From positions 1-55,139 of the forward strand of contig ADNK01001541.1 of NCBI GenBank assembly GCA_000320545.1: a stretch of DNA of 55,139 nt, read 5' to 3'. The position numbers were made by a program, and so were the translations under genes. Numbering within the stretch: the first letter of the stretch is position 1; the number at the start of each line of letters is the position of its first letter. The DNA comes from Bigelowiella natans CCMP2755 (taxonomy: Eukaryota > Protista > Cercozoa). Of the stretch, positions 13,494 to 31,108 are shown piece by piece. The notes beneath the pieces are model-generated. The model was not told the DNA's origin and searched no databases. It saw only the letters and a program-made list of their open reading frames with translations.

Positions 13494-15751
13494 ATGAAAC
13501 AACAGATTCAACAAATTGACTCGAAGCCATCACGAACTACCGTTCAAACAGGACCGGTAGTAGTAAAATATCTGCTAGCTATATCTTATCCAGAATGTCG
13601 TCGTTTACCTATCCTGAAAGAAGCTGCTGCTGTGCTCAGATTGTCATTTATACATGTAATTGCCAATGCAATACTTTTTCATAACAATGCAATAGATGTT
13701 GAATGAGCCGATGCTTGGTGCTGGTGCCTATAAGGAAGACCTAAGTCTCGAAAACCATAGTCCCGGTATAAATGCATCATACCACGACCCCATCAAATAA
13801 TTCTCTAAATTTGCTTGTGGTGATTCATTCGCAGTCTCCACTAGACTCCGTGAGGGTGATTTGCTTCGCACGGAACGCTTGGGCAGTAGAATGATGCAAA
13901 GTGATGAAATTTTGAAGATTGAGATGAGGGGAACTGCAGAGCAGGAGGGTGCTGACGAGGACGAGCAAATGGTTAATATTATCTTTCAACACTAACTACA
14001 AAACGGATTCCTTATGATATACTACTCCACGTCCTCCATAACCTCATCATTTATTTAGGATCCAAACGGATGCATGGAAGAATTTATGCAAAGAGATCTT
14101 AGTTGCGGAGGAAAATGCTGGTCAGTATTTCTTCCATGCCAATAAAGCAGTAGGATCGATCGTCGCTCAACAAACTTGCAGTAGAGCGCGGCTGCCCGCA
14201 CTGCACGTTTCTCAGTATTATTCTCATAATAATAACACCATAGTAGTGGCAGATCCACTCGTTGGGACAATTCTCTATTGCATGCGCCAAGATTCAATTA
14301 CGTGTAATATAAATATAATAACAATATGTCACAGGATATGCAAACCTCTTCATACACCAAGGAGTGCGGCAATGTTCTTTGTTGTATATGGAATTCTGCT
14401 CATTTTGATTGGTAAGTTTTTTTGATTTTATATAACATGCATCCTGCCAAACGATTATGCATGGCTTCGTCCATCAGTAGTAGTTCATTCAATATCCTTC
14501 TTGATTCAAATTTCACTCATTTTTGAAGGAGGGCCTATTTTCAGTGCTTCACAATCTGTGGTGGAATACACAAAAAGGTAATTGTTGCCATTCGGATAAA
14601 GTTGGTGAAGTAGCGCAGCAATTATGAATCTAACAATCTTCCCCGCTCAATAACTTTGCAGATACGACAACATTTGTCCATTTAATTCCGAATGCATAAC
14701 AAATATTACCTTATCTGAAGATATGAAGGTAAGTTCTCCAAAGTTATCATGTCTTCTATTTTTTTTTGAGGAGTATGTTGTTCCTGACAAATCCCCAGGC
14801 ACCTGTTTACATATACTATAAGATATCCGAAATGTATCAAAGCCACAGAAGGTAGGTAGGTAGTCGCAAGAAATAGCAATTGGTTTCTTATTCAAGTTTC
14901 TATTTAAGAACACAGCACGTCTTCGTTTACTTAATAATGTAGAGTTGTAGTGTAGTAGCACCAAGAACAAAACGCATTATCCTTAAGCAACAACAGTTTT
15001 AAGGAGACGGCAAATGATCTCTGAATGGGTGACTTAGCAGCACGCTAGTGAACAACGGGGCTATGATGATCAGTTTGTGAATAAATACCTGATAATATAC
15101 AACCCTATTTTCATCAAGATACACGATGTCGCGCAATGCGAAACAAGCCGATGGAGAAGATGTGAGCGAATCTGAGTTGGAGTCTACGTGCAGACCTGCT
15201 GTTCGTGTGGATGGGGACATTATAGTACCCTGTGGGCTAATTGCAAGCTCCGTGTTCAATGATACCATTGAGCTTAGTGTGTGCGGGGGGGGGGCAAGTT
15301 GCACGGTAAGACGACAACTAAATCAGTAGTTAAATTTGAGGATAAAAGTGAATGCTGATGATATAGATGATAATGACGATGGTGGTGGTAGTGGTAGTAG
15401 TTAGTAGTAGTGCTAGTAGCATTAGCGTGGTGCAAACATATCCAGCGAAGGTGAAACAGAATATGATGGATGCTGTGGCTACTATTACTAACCCTGACGT
15501 GATTACTGCCACAGAATATGATGGATGCTGTGGCTACTATTACTAACCCTGACGTGATTACTGACACACACCTTGACACAACCCCTTCGATTGATACCTT
15601 TAGAGAATGGAAGGTGATAACTTCAAATCAATATGTTGGCCTTCTGACAAGGTTGTAGACTAGTACTAGTACTACTACTACTACTACCACATGTGGTAGT
15701 AGTAGTAGTAAGGTAGTAGGAAGTAGTATTCTCTCTTTCCCTATATATATA

Positions 15752-15815
<64 letters not shown>

Positions 15816-16959
15816 GCATGTGTACGATGAGATGATACTACAATTTATCGACCACTGCAAGCATGTGTACGATGAGATACTACTACAATTTATCGACCAC
15901 TCTTTGCGCCATCTCTACATAGAATAAATTCAAGCTTAGAGATTTGAAGGAAGACGAAACGAGAACTTCTTACTTCAGGTTGCTCTTCTTTTACCCACAC
16001 CCACCTGAAATAAATTGTTATCCAATAGGTGGTGTTAGCACCTGCTCAGTTTCTCGTTATGAAAATTCAGCTTACATATGCATAGGAATCCGCACATAAT
16101 TCATTGTTGCGTCTTCTTGACTGCTTAATTGCGTGTTACAGAATGCCATCTTCATAGCAATGTTTTAATTTCGATGCACTTGTTCACAACTATAGCGGGA
16201 GCAACGAAACATCGTATATCATTCCACCCTTGAGTAATGAGCGATTAATAACTTGGATGAGGCCGGCACGGGTAAGTTTGTGTTGTTAATTGTGCACACA
16301 CTTGTTAGGTAATGTATAAATAGCTAGGCAGATACGTCCAAATATTAAATGCTCTTGTATTAATCCTGTGGTTGACAGAGTCCTGAGCTCATTGCTGTCG
16401 ACAAAGTCATTGAAAATAGAGGTAGTGAACGTTGTCGCATCCAAATTATGATGATGATTTTTCAGGATTCGTGGGTATGATGTATACAAATGTGTGCTTG
16501 TGCTTGGGCTGCGTCATACCTGTAAGTCTGTTCATATGTTATATGATTCCAGATCTAAAAAAGGGTGAAGAGCTCAGTTTCAACTTGAAAAACATCTGGA
16601 ATGCTCGTAAATTTAATGCTGAGAAATCGATCGTCATCACAACAATGTCTTGGATGGGAGGAAAGGTACAGTCATTTTTGAATTGATCGTAATGATAATA
16701 TCATTCACTCACATACTATCTCTCAGAGTGATTTTCTTGGCTTTGCATATATCTCCGTCGGTGCAACAATGATCATAGGTCGTATCACTTCATATCGCAT
16801 ATTTTTCATGAATTGTACGTTTGACGCAGCACATTTTTTGTTGTCACCTTCAGCGGGCTTAGTGATGTTAATGTTGAGTTGCCATCTGAATCGAGAGCCA
16901 GGTGAGATTATGCATTTTGCAAGTTCAATACAGAAAGCGAGATGGTAACTCTGCCATGA
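13494..16959 (+). CDS. CDC50/LEM3 (ALIS) family P4-ATPase flippase beta subunit; start approximate
   Basis: Motifs CKPLHTPRSAAMFFVVYGILLILIG, YDNIC, APVYIYYKISEMYQ, IIVPCGLIASSVFNDTI, NERLITWMRPA, KSIVITTMSWMGGK-SDFLGFAYISVG match the CDC50 family. Confidence 0.88.
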
Positions 16960-17044
16960 TGCGGCAGTAGTAGATCGAAGGGAATGCATTCGAATACAAC
17001 TCTTACGTGCAGTTGTGCAGAGCATGGATGGATGGAGGCTTTAG

Positions 17045-20000
17045 GCGAGCACGCAACATGCAATGCGCTTGGGAACTGTCAACCGTTTGCCACAATGAGC
17101 GCGCAGCGTGGCATCCTAGCATGCATGCATGCTGGCGTTGTCGTTGACTCAATGAAAAAGTCATCAAATGACATCGCATCGATCAACGACAGGACACAGA
17201 TGCTTTCACATGCATGATCGACACATCTTGCCCAAACAGTGCAACATTGTGTCGCGCTCACTCTGGAGTGCACATCGCCCTCGTCAACGGCGTGTGCCAA
17301 AGGGGATGTGCCGAGCACGCATTTGCTCTCAGCTGACGAGTTGAGAGACGTGGCCCTGCCGACAGGAGGTTCCCGTGCCTGCTTTGCACCGGGCCTGTCG
17401 AGACAGCGATCCACGATTTTGTCGTCCTGCGCTGAATCGGGCATTGGGGTGCACGCATGTGTCGCGCCTTCGGTTTGTGCATTCATCGCTTGCGTGGGAG
17501 TTGGCATGCTGTCAATGTCCTTGTTGATTGTCTGAACTTGCTTTGCCTGCATGGCAGCAGGCGCGGTGCGATGATGCGACGCGGCATTGAAACCATTCGC
17601 ATGCAGAACGGCCGCAGCCGGACTGTTGTCCTTGAACTCTTCGTCAAGGCAAGCTGCGTGCTTCGGAATGGGTGACGCTGATCGGTCAGCGTGCCGCGGT
17701 GGTGGATCTGAGGTGCTGCGCACGTGTGCAGAAGCACGCGTGTCGCAGGGGTTGAAGTTGAGACGCACACGCACTGTTGCATGCAACCGGTTCGTTCTGC
17801 ATCACGTGCAGCTGTCGATTGTTGCAGCAATGTGCGCCCTCGCATGCAACCGATTCGTTCTGCATCGAGTGCAGCTGTCGATTGTTGCCGCATTGGGCGT
17901 GGTGCAATGTGGTCTCGTGTTGAGAACTGAAGTCGCATGAGTCGTTGAGTTGCATTGTTGTTTGGTCCTTGAGTTGCTTTGTCACTTGAACGTTTGAGTT
18001 CTGATGTCACTTGGTCGTTTGAGTTCTGAGTGTGCTTGGTTGCTTGCTTGTGCAGTTGAGTTCTGATCTCAATGTGTCACTTGGACTTTTGAGTTCTGTC
18101 GAGATGTGTCCAAATTGTTGCAATTGCGACTTGAGTGAAAAGCTGTCAGCTTTTCACTTTTGTCATGTCGCAATGTCAGCTTTTCAATTTTGTCATGTCG
18201 CCACTTGCGAACTTTCTGAGAAACTTCTGCGCGGAGAGTTTTTCATTGTGCCGTGTCGTCCCACGTGGAGTGTCGTGCTGGTGCGTCCGACACGCACGTG
18301 CAGCTCCGTTGGCACGCCTTGTGTGTCTTGTCGCACTTGAGCGGACAGCTGCATCGTGGCGCCATGCATCGCAGCGCCACACATGCATCGCTGCTGCGTC
18401 AACAAGAGGCGGTTGAGCGTGATTCATGAAAGCGTTGATGAAACTTGAACTGTTGTTTGCAGTTGTGGTGTTTGAGTTGTGTTGTCTTTTGAGTTGTCTG
18501 TCCGTTTGAGTTGTGTTTGCCTTTTGAGTTGTGTCAGTGGTTGAGTTGTCTTTGCATGCAAGCAGGCTCAAGTTGCGCGTGCGGCTCCGAGAAAGCTTTC
18601 ACTTGCAATGCGATTGTGCGTTGGTTTCACTGTGCGTCGTCCCGACGCCTTTGTCGTGCTGCACGAACGCAGCGACGTGCAGAACGTTCCTGGACTTGTC
18701 CGAGAGTGCGGCCAGTCCGAGGAAGAACGAAGGAACTTTCCAAGAACACAAGAGCAGCGAACTGCACGTTCTCAGAACGTTCCGTGCTGGCACGTGCCGT
18801 GAGACGTCCTGGGACGTTGTGTGTCGCGAGTCACGCACACAACGGACGTCGCTCTGCTTGTCCGGCCGTGGCGTGCAAACTGAGCGCCACAATTGGACCG
18901 TGTCGTGACGAGCAGGGCCATGACACGTGCGCACACGCTGCGTGGCCAGGATCCGGAGCAACGCACGTGCGTGCGTGCACGGGATCGCGATGCACGTGGT
19001 GCCAGTTTTGCGTGTTCCGCCACATCTCGCATTCTGGTTTTTGAGACATTCCACTTTCATTGCATCGTGCATTGCCCAAAATTCAGCTGTCCGCCACGCT
19101 GCCATGCAAGGAGAAAAACCTCGTGCACTTTGGTTCTGACTGGCTAGCTCCAAGCACAGCAAGAGTTGCAGAAAACCATTCCTCCAGCTGAGCCGTTGAT
19201 CAAGAGCAATCTGACGTGCAGCACGCGCCAGCGCGTGCAAGTGGTTGTTGGGCCCAAATCCAAAATCTCGACGAGACACCTCAATTTTGATGTTCACACG
19301 TTTTGAAAGTTGGGTGAAATTGGGAATTGGGAAATCAGAGTTTCATTTCATTCTTTCAAGCAAAAGCAAAAACAACTCTCCCATTGGCATGAACTCTCAG
19401 AATTGGCGTGTGCACAGCAAAAAACGATGAAAATTGCTGAAATCACTGGTCAAACGAGTCTGGGAGTGTCAAAATGTCGCGACGTTTTGCTTCACGTGAC
19501 CACTCATTGGTGCGTGGTCACGTGAAGCAAAGTGTCGATGTTTTGTGTGTTCCCACGTGCCGCACGTTGAGATTTTGTTTTGATGTTCAAGTTCAATTGA
19601 GCCAAATCAAAGCACGCAATGATGGCTCTTTGTTGAGCAAAAAAGTGTCGAAAAGTGTTCATCAGTTTTTGAGATGGTTCATTTTTTGTTTCGATGTTGC
19701 ATGTTTGGGCAAGATGTGCAAACACGTGCCAATCGAGACAAATGGATGCAACCTGAGAAGCACTGTTGCCGCTGCTTTGCGCACAGCCTGTCACGCCACA
19801 TTGCTGGGTCGACCAGGATGACGATTGAAAGTGTCATTTGATGTCACTTCGATCAAACACGCACGTGTTGCATCATCGACCCGCGCTAGCGCGTCTCACT
19901 GATGCAACATCAACGTGACCAGCGCACAAACCACGTGACACTCAGACCAACTCTAGCTGGGTGCGCAGCTGAGCGTGCAACGCGACACTGCACCGGCCAA

Positions 20001-20265
20001 GTGACGCTTGAAAACTTTCGAACGCAAGTTGTGCGCACAACGTTGGCAGTGCATCGTCGTGCATGCGCACACAAAAATCTCTCATTGCATCCCGGATCCA
20101 TGCGATCGCTAGTGCTTGCGTCATCACACATGTGTGCAAGTGATGATGAATCATTGAGAATGCAATGATGCAGCACCACATGGACGAGCCACTAGCTAGC
20201 TCTGGAGCTAGCAGCATGCCACCCTGCCAAACCAATGTTCACAGTTCTTGCATGTCACACAGCTG
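17045..20265. other. TpA-free block (hypermutated repeat/intergenic DNA)
   Basis: Manual scan: 8 TpA in ~3.2 kb, all in CTAG (~17116, 19144, 19886, 19953, 20109, 20192, 20196, 20208). About 200 would be expected at balanced composition. Strong excess of TG/CA/CG. Confidence 0.92.
19000..19610 (+). repeat. Dispersed repeat, copy A (probable degenerate transposon part), with an 18-bp inverted repeat at ~19486-19532
   Basis: Aligns by eye with 53960-54635 (shared ttccactttcattg, gcactttggttctgactggct, gagacacctcaatttt, ttgggaaatcagagttt, aacaactctcccattggca, gatgaaaattgctgaaa, ggagtgtcaaaatgtcg). TTTGCTTCACGTGACCAC...GTGGTCACGTGAAGCAAA forms a hairpin. Confidence 0.85.
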
Positions 20266-20773
20266 CTACCACTGTGCTGCGCATGTGTGTTGTGTGTTGT
20301 GCATGTGTGTTCACGTACTACATTGTTGCCTTGCGCCGCTACGACACGATGCTGCTAGCTGTGCATTCGAGTGCCTCCACTGATTTTGTGTTGATAGCAG
20401 TCACATACTCGCACTGCATGCTACATAGCTATCATCAAATGAGCCCAGCGTTGCGTAACGCATAACATTGCTATGCCTGTCATTGTTGCATTGTTGCGTA
20501 GTAGCAAAACTTTACATTTTGGTATAATAGACAAGCAATTAGAACATCAAGGAATAGCCAGTACTATTCTATGATGGATATAATTTTTTAATTCCGAGCT
20601 TTTGAATAGCTTCAACAGGAAGGGCAAATACTGGATCCACTTTTCTGAAGCAGCAGCAGCAACAAACGAAAAAGAAGAAGAAAGAGTTTCAGAAATTATG
20701 ACGACAACATCCCGGATTAAAAAGATTTTACATCTTTGTAATAAAAAAGTTAACATTTTTCTACACACCATAA

Positions 20774-21088
20774 AATTGTAATGATGATATTTATATATTA
20801 CTTGCAACTAGTTATTTTAATGGTACTAATAATTTTAATAAAGATTCTGTTTTTCATAAGACTATGCATCTTAGAGGTCCTAAAGGTTAGGATACGTATC
20901 CTAATCATCCTAATGGTAACATTTATCTTCGTGGTAGTGTTGTTGTTGATGGACATGCTGGCACTGGTAAAGATTTAATTGTAAATGGAAATGTAAATTG
21001 TGGTGGTAACATTCATCAAAGAGGACGAAATATTATCATCCAGGTGAAAGAAGTGTTTTGCAATCATTGCAGCAGCCAAAAAATGTGA
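20774..21088 (+). pseudogene. Intronless, stop-interrupted fragment resembling a viral/phage fibre (beta-helix-like) repeat
   Basis: One frame reads SYFNGTNNFNKDSVFHKTMHLRGPKG*DTYPNHPNGNIYLRGSVVVDGHAGTGKDLIVNGNVNCGGNIHQRG, with TAG at 20888 and strongly T-ending codons unlike host exons. Confidence 0.4.
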
Positions 21089-21352
21089 ATTTACAAACAC
21101 ATGAGTAAATAAAGAAAGATATTGGCGAAACAATATTTGAACAGTACAGCATGGCAGTGACTCTGAAGACATCAAATACAATGCGATCGCATGGATGTTC
21201 GTAACCATAAATTCATGATGTGCCTCCGTTGGAGAACAACCAACCATCAGCCATAGTGTGTGTTGTTGATGCTTGCTTATAATTAGATGTTTGTTTTTGT
21301 CTACTATATAGCGATCATGGGATGATATAATCTTTGAATGCTTTATTGTTTA

Positions 21353-27398
<6,046 letters not shown>

Positions 27399-27637
27399 GG
27401 TAGGCCACGAGGGATGACGATGTTGGGTTTGGATGAATAAGCAATCTTCTTGCGACAACTTCAAAGACATGTCGTAGTGCTCAACCTGCCTTTGTCCTAG
27501 TTGTAACCCCTTTACACGCGACAACTTCAAAGTCATGTCGTAGTGTTCAAACTCCCTTCGTCCTGATTATTACCGCTTTCCCATTTACCGAGCGAAGCCC
27601 TTCTGCCATGCCCTCATCCGACAATTGATTCACACAG
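27399..27637. promoter_or_regulatory. Putative bidirectional promoter with a 66-bp imperfect tandem repeat carrying two CGACA-N12-TGTCG motifs
   Basis: Only ~240 bp separate the divergent ATGs. Copies at 27452-27517 and 27518-27583 both begin GCGACAACTTCAAAG(A/T)CATGTCGTAGTG. Confidence 0.65.
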
Positions 27638-30600
27638 ATGAAGAAGAATCACCAGCACCGGCGAAAGATGAAACAAATGTCACTAGCAAACTGGATGTCT
27701 CAAAGTCCGAAGAAGTCAAAGAAAGAGGATCAGCCTGATGATGGCAACAGAAGCAGAAAATCTGCAGCATTATTCATGCTTGAGAAAGGTCATAAAATCG
27801 CTTCTTGTCCTCGTTGTACTTTCAGAAATCCGCAGAACGCCACACGCTGCCGCATGTGCGCTGCAAAGCTGTTAATTCGACGCCAGGATGACACCGATAG
27901 TTCTTTCGAGAGTGGCGAAATTCACCAGCAGCAACTAGACGTTAAAGATGAGGCAGATGGTTTCTTCGAAGTTCGTAATGACGAGACCAAAGATCAAAAG
28001 GAAGGGCAGCAAAACCAAGACTCAAAACAGGAACCAAATTTACACATTAGTCTTGGATTTGACTATCGAACAATTAGCGGAAGTGGTGAACTAGGGTATG
28101 AACATGTGCCCCTCTCAGCGCGAAATACTACTACTACATTTGCGAATGATGGCACCCCATTCTCTGTCGACATTATGGTTTTAGATGTTTTTGGGAATGA
28201 AAATGGCAGAATGAATATTATTGGACTTACAGACCAAGGAACTCCGATACATGGTAGTATGAGAATAATCATCAAATAGAGATAGACAGTAAAAGAAAGG
28301 AAAAGGAGATAATTACTTATACGATGAAAGTACTCAAAGATAAAGTTGATAGAAATGACTTTAAGACACCCTCCAATACTACTATTTTAATCGGTAAATG
28401 TGTTTGCATCATGAATCCAGTGGTAGTGTCCAACTTCAAGCGCTACTTTTATCTTCGAACATCGGAAAAATTTGACGTGTTGGATTTCCAAAAGCGCATG
28501 AACGATATAGTTTCTGCTAAAGTAGCTGGGAGAAAAAGAAAACATTCCTTTCAAAACAAAGAAATCATAAGGTAACCCGCGCATGGATTGATTGGGCAAT
28601 CTATCGGGATAATTCTTCTCCCTCTTTTTACGTTTAATACAAATGGTGTGTGTTCTTCTTCTTTCTCTTTTCGTCTAATATAAAGGGTAATATCTGTCAA
28701 GGATCATCGACCTTTGGTATTTCATCGTGGTGATGAAGACATTCATTTTGTGAAGGTGATTATGACCTAGCTACTTCCATGTAATTTCTACATAATTAAT
28801 ATAAATAAGAAACTACGGTGATTCTATTGTTTGTGTTAAGATTACAATAACGAACCCAATAAAGGTGGTAGTACTGTTTTCAAGATTATACCGGGATGTT
28901 GTGGAAGTAGCTCGAGAAATGCAGGAAAGAGACGAAGGATTACTTCCAGACCATTGGGTTATTATTGTGTTTTTGCATGTAGTAGTATCATCAATCCTAT
29001 TGTCATTAATAATGTCATTATATATCCTCTTCGCAGCATAAAGCATATGTGGGATGTGGGGATCCCCGTTGGTGCCGACCAGTATCCGATGGCAAGCATT
29101 ACGTGTATCCAGTCTATCAAACATACGAATCTGTGGTGACTCATATTGATAGGTAACAAATGTAATGTTAATAGTAATAATTAAGTGTTATCAGTGATGA
29201 CGTGGTAGCAAAGCATTCTGCCAGAAACTTTTATCCTTAGACACAGTAATAATGCGCTTTGAATCTCCATGCACTATTTTTTGTTCTCTGTGTTTCTTCG
29301 TCGGCCTGCAGGTTTATGGCGGATAATAACATATCTGGTGGTAAGTGGATTAGGGTGTTCAGCTGTGAGATTGGGAGGGGAGGAGAAGAAAGCAGTTGCT
29401 CCAATACTTCCAGAAAAAGTCACAACATGGCGATGAGTAGGGAAAAACATTCTTCAAATCATTCTCAACAACAAGAGAAAGTTGCACCCAAAATAGCAAA
29501 GAATAAGGCATTCGAGAAACATCATCATCATCATCATCACCATCATCATTATCGATTACCACGGCAGATTCACGTTGAATGGCCTAAGGTCTATGGTGAT
29601 GACAGCGATGGCTATGGTAGTTCTACTTGTAATCAGCAGCTACCGATTCATGTATTGGAGGAGAAGCTTGACTTTGTACCCATCAAAGGTAGTTAGGTCA
29701 AGATGCAGCATGATTGTTTACTGTAGTATTATATATATCATAGTCATAATGATAATGATGATGATGATGATGATGAACTAATAGACGAACTTAATAACAA
29801 TAGAAGACGCAATTTCAACGTTATTAGATAGTCAATAACTTACATAATCCCATTCTTGCAATCGGTTTTCACTTCTCATTTCCATTGCTCCGAGTTAAAT
29901 AATGCTTCAATACCGTTTTTGGATGCTGCTTTTAATAGTAATGATGATGTCTTTCAATACTGCTACTTCTGACTGTGTCTATGAGTCCTTTTTTACATTC
30001 TTCCCAAGTCATCATATTAATACATTATGCTTGTTCCTTGTGGTACAGTTGTCATTATTATCAATATTGTTATAAATCCCCTCGTCTAACTGTTATCTTA
30101 TCATGCGTACTACTACTGCTACTCTTACTAACTTAGTTCTTTCTATTTCTGTGTCGAAGGATCAAAGGTGGGTTGTTGCATGCAGCACACGATAAGAAGA
30201 AAACAACGTATTTCACTAGTTTTATTTACATCGTTGTTACTATAAGAATCGATGAAAGATGATGATAGAAGAAGGAAAAATGAGGAAGAGTAAAATCAAA
30301 AAACAATATATTTTTGTTGATCTCTTCCTATCGTCCTCAAGATGTTGATAAGAAGACATTTCATGTTAATTGGTATATTTCTTGTAATATGTTGCATTGT
30401 CTTTCGACTCTTCTCTTATCATTTCAACTAAAAATTGACGATTGTAATACGAGGAAGATCTGGATCAGTATCGTCTGTAGCATTTGCCTTCGATACAATT
30501 GATGTCGAGGCAGTGGACAACAATGCCAGCATTAACAAGAAGCAACATCAATGTTTGTTCACTCAATAGATTAGCACACATGCAGCACAGTGTCTGTTCA

Positions 30601-30774
30601 ACAAATAAGTACACAACACACAACACCACGCAGTTATTTTATATTACCCTTCTTTCCTTTTGCATGCAACAAGGTTTTTATAGTAGCCTCCTTTCCTTTT
30701 GCATGCAACAATTATCAGCTACATATTTGCGTATTATGTGGAAAGAAACAATGAACTAGATGAAAATATATAGA

Positions 30775-30841
<67 letters not shown>

Positions 30842-30980
30842 GAGCATCATTGTTGTTATGATTACTACTGTTACCATTATCATCTATTTTATTTGAATAA
30901 TAAAGACATTATTGTCTGTTCAGAATCAACATGTGTCTAGTATAGTAAGCTTATCATTCGTCCATATCACCTCACCTATT

Positions 30981-31018
<38 letters not shown>

Positions 31019-31075
31019 TCTTGTGATTACTACTACCAGCAACAGCAGCAGCAGCATCAGCAGATACGATTGGCC

Positions 31076-31108
<33 letters not shown>

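Noticed and set aside
17045-20265. Classical RIP, CpG methylation decay or simple high GC as the cause of the composition
   Set aside because: RIP increases TpA, and CpG decay would deplete CpG, which is abundant here. AA, TT and AT steps remain common, so GC content does not explain zero non-CTAG TpA.
17079-20465. Dense overlapping ORFs in all six frames (up to 235 aa)
   Set aside because: Artefact of TpA loss, which removes TAA and most TAG stops. Products are Cys/His/Ala-rich and nearly Tyr-free with no motifs.
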